NCBI RefSeq assembly: GCF_001194135.2 | Contig: NC_068986.1 | Span: 91,653,718 to 91,717,717, forward strand | Direction: 5' to 3' | Origin: Octopus bimaculoides | Taxonomy: Eukaryota | Length of the DNA: 64,000 bases | Shown here: positions 62,523 to 64,000 of the stretch, in pieces | Layout: each line of letters starts with the position of its first letter | Numbering within the stretch: the first letter of the stretch is position 1 | Program-made: the position numbers and the translations under genes | The notes under the pieces: generated by a model | The model's database searches: none | What the model was told of the DNA's origin: nothing | The model's input: only the letters and a program-made list of their open reading frames with translations

Positions 62523-62863
62523 TGCCTATATACATATATATGTGTGTGTGTGTGTGTGTGTGTATATACGCGCACGCCTACATACACAGCCGCATACACA
62601 TGCACACACATACACACAGGAGTGCACACACAAAATAACACACATACCTGGCACACATACGCACGCACACACATAAACATACACATACACACCCCTCACA
62701 TACATAAAACCACACACACACACACATACACACATACACGACACACATACACATATACACACAGGCACACATACACATATACACACATGCACACACACCT
62801 CTCACATACACAATACTCACTCATATACATAACACATACGCACGCACGAAAACATACACAATA
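62365..62863. repeat. Large compound (TA)/(CA)/(TG) microsatellite field
   Basis: Direct reading. Source of the many spurious [12 protein letters not shown] ORFs. Confidence 0.9.
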
Positions 62864-63415
62864 NNNNNNNNNNNNNNNNNNNNNNNNNNNNNNNNNNNNN
62901 NNNNNNNNNNNNNNNNNNNNNNNNNNNNNNNNNNNNNNNNNNNNNNNNNNNNNNNNNNNNNNNNNNNNNNNNNNNNNNNNNNNNNNNNNNNNNNNNNNNN
63001 NNNNNNNNNNNNNNNNNNNNNNNNNNNNNNNNNNNNNNNNNNNNNNNNNNNNNNNNNNNNNNNNNNNNNNNNNNNNNNNNNNNNNNNNNNNNNNNNNNNN
63101 NNNNNNNNNNNNNNNNNNNNNNNNNNNNNNNNNNNNNNNNNNNNNNNNNNNNNNNNNNNNNNNNNNNNNNNNNNNNNNNNNNNNNNNNNNNNNNNNNNNN
63201 NNNNNNNNNNNNNNNNNNNNNNNNNNNNNNNNNNNNNNNNNNNNNNNNNNNNNNNNNNNNNNNNNNNNNNNNNNNNNNNNNNNNNNNNNNNNNNNNNNNN
63301 NNNNNNNNNNNNNNNNNNNNNNNNNNNNNNNNNNNNNNNNNNNNNNNNNNNNNNNNNNNNNNNNNNNNNNNNNNNNNNNNNNNNNNNNNNNNNNNNNNNN
63401 NNNNNNNNNNNNNNN
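62864..63415. other. Assembly gap (552 N)
   Basis: Run of N. Smaller gaps at 14397-14443, 35422-35459, 41786-41795 and 60732-60741. Confidence 0.99.
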
Positions 63416-63531
63416 CTTTCCTTTCCTGAGCGTCCAATAATACTATCCATATCACGTCCTCACCTTGTTGTTTTTTTGTTTTTTTGTTATTGTGTTTTTG
63501 AACTATATATATATATATATATATATATCTG

Positions 63532-63565
<34 letters not shown>

Positions 63566-64000
63566 TGTATGTATATACAAACACACACATGCTCATGGAC
63601 ACACATATGCACACATATATAAATTAATCTAAATTAAAATTATGCACCTGAATTACAACCAATTTGGTTCAGTTTGTATGTTTGACACAGCAACCAGATG
63701 AGTCATAGGGCTAAGTTTGTGTACGAGATGGCCATCTTTTGGTAACAAATTTAGAAGAGTCCAGCATCCAGTCCTGGGCTCTGGATGCATGGCAGTTCTT
63801 CCCACAAATACTTATAGGAACCAGGGTAAGCTTTGGGCTTTTTAAATGACACTAAAATACCCAATAAATAAAAGAATTATATACTTCTTCATATCATCAC
63901 CACCACCACCATTTAAGTAAGCATTACTTGTTGGAATGTGCCAGGTGATCCTCTACTAGGGTAGATAGACAATAAATATGTAACACTGGTAAAAAGCACT

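Noticed and set aside
62353-63614. Long ORFs of up to 332 aa
   Set aside because: They are translations of dinucleotide microsatellites and N runs.

Overview
AT-rich, repeat-dense animal DNA, very likely Octopus (inferred from the SINE and RTE repeat families as I recall them), with five N-gaps. The core is a head-to-head gene pair whose start codons are 780 bp apart. On the + strand is a complete 7-exon tubulin-folding cofactor B gene (TBCB, 39156-51054, 241 aa, UBL plus CAP-Gly, all introns GT-AG and phase-consistent). On the - strand is coding exon 1 of BIRC6/BRUCE (38376-38199). I could not find the expected BIRC6 exon 2 in the remaining 38 kb, which instead carries a phase-compatible but unverified series of small and micro exon candidates. 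The rest is mobile DNA: a Ty3/Gypsy deletion derivative with LTRs, PBS, PPT and a 5-bp TSD; a degenerate DD37D (maT) transposon; Merlin-like, hAT-like and mariner-like MITEs; RTE, CR1-like and L1/Tx1-like LINE fragments; several tRNA-derived SINE families; fold-back elements and microsatellites. No rRNA, true tRNA gene or CRISPR array is supported. All homology calls are from memory of the families, not from database searches.
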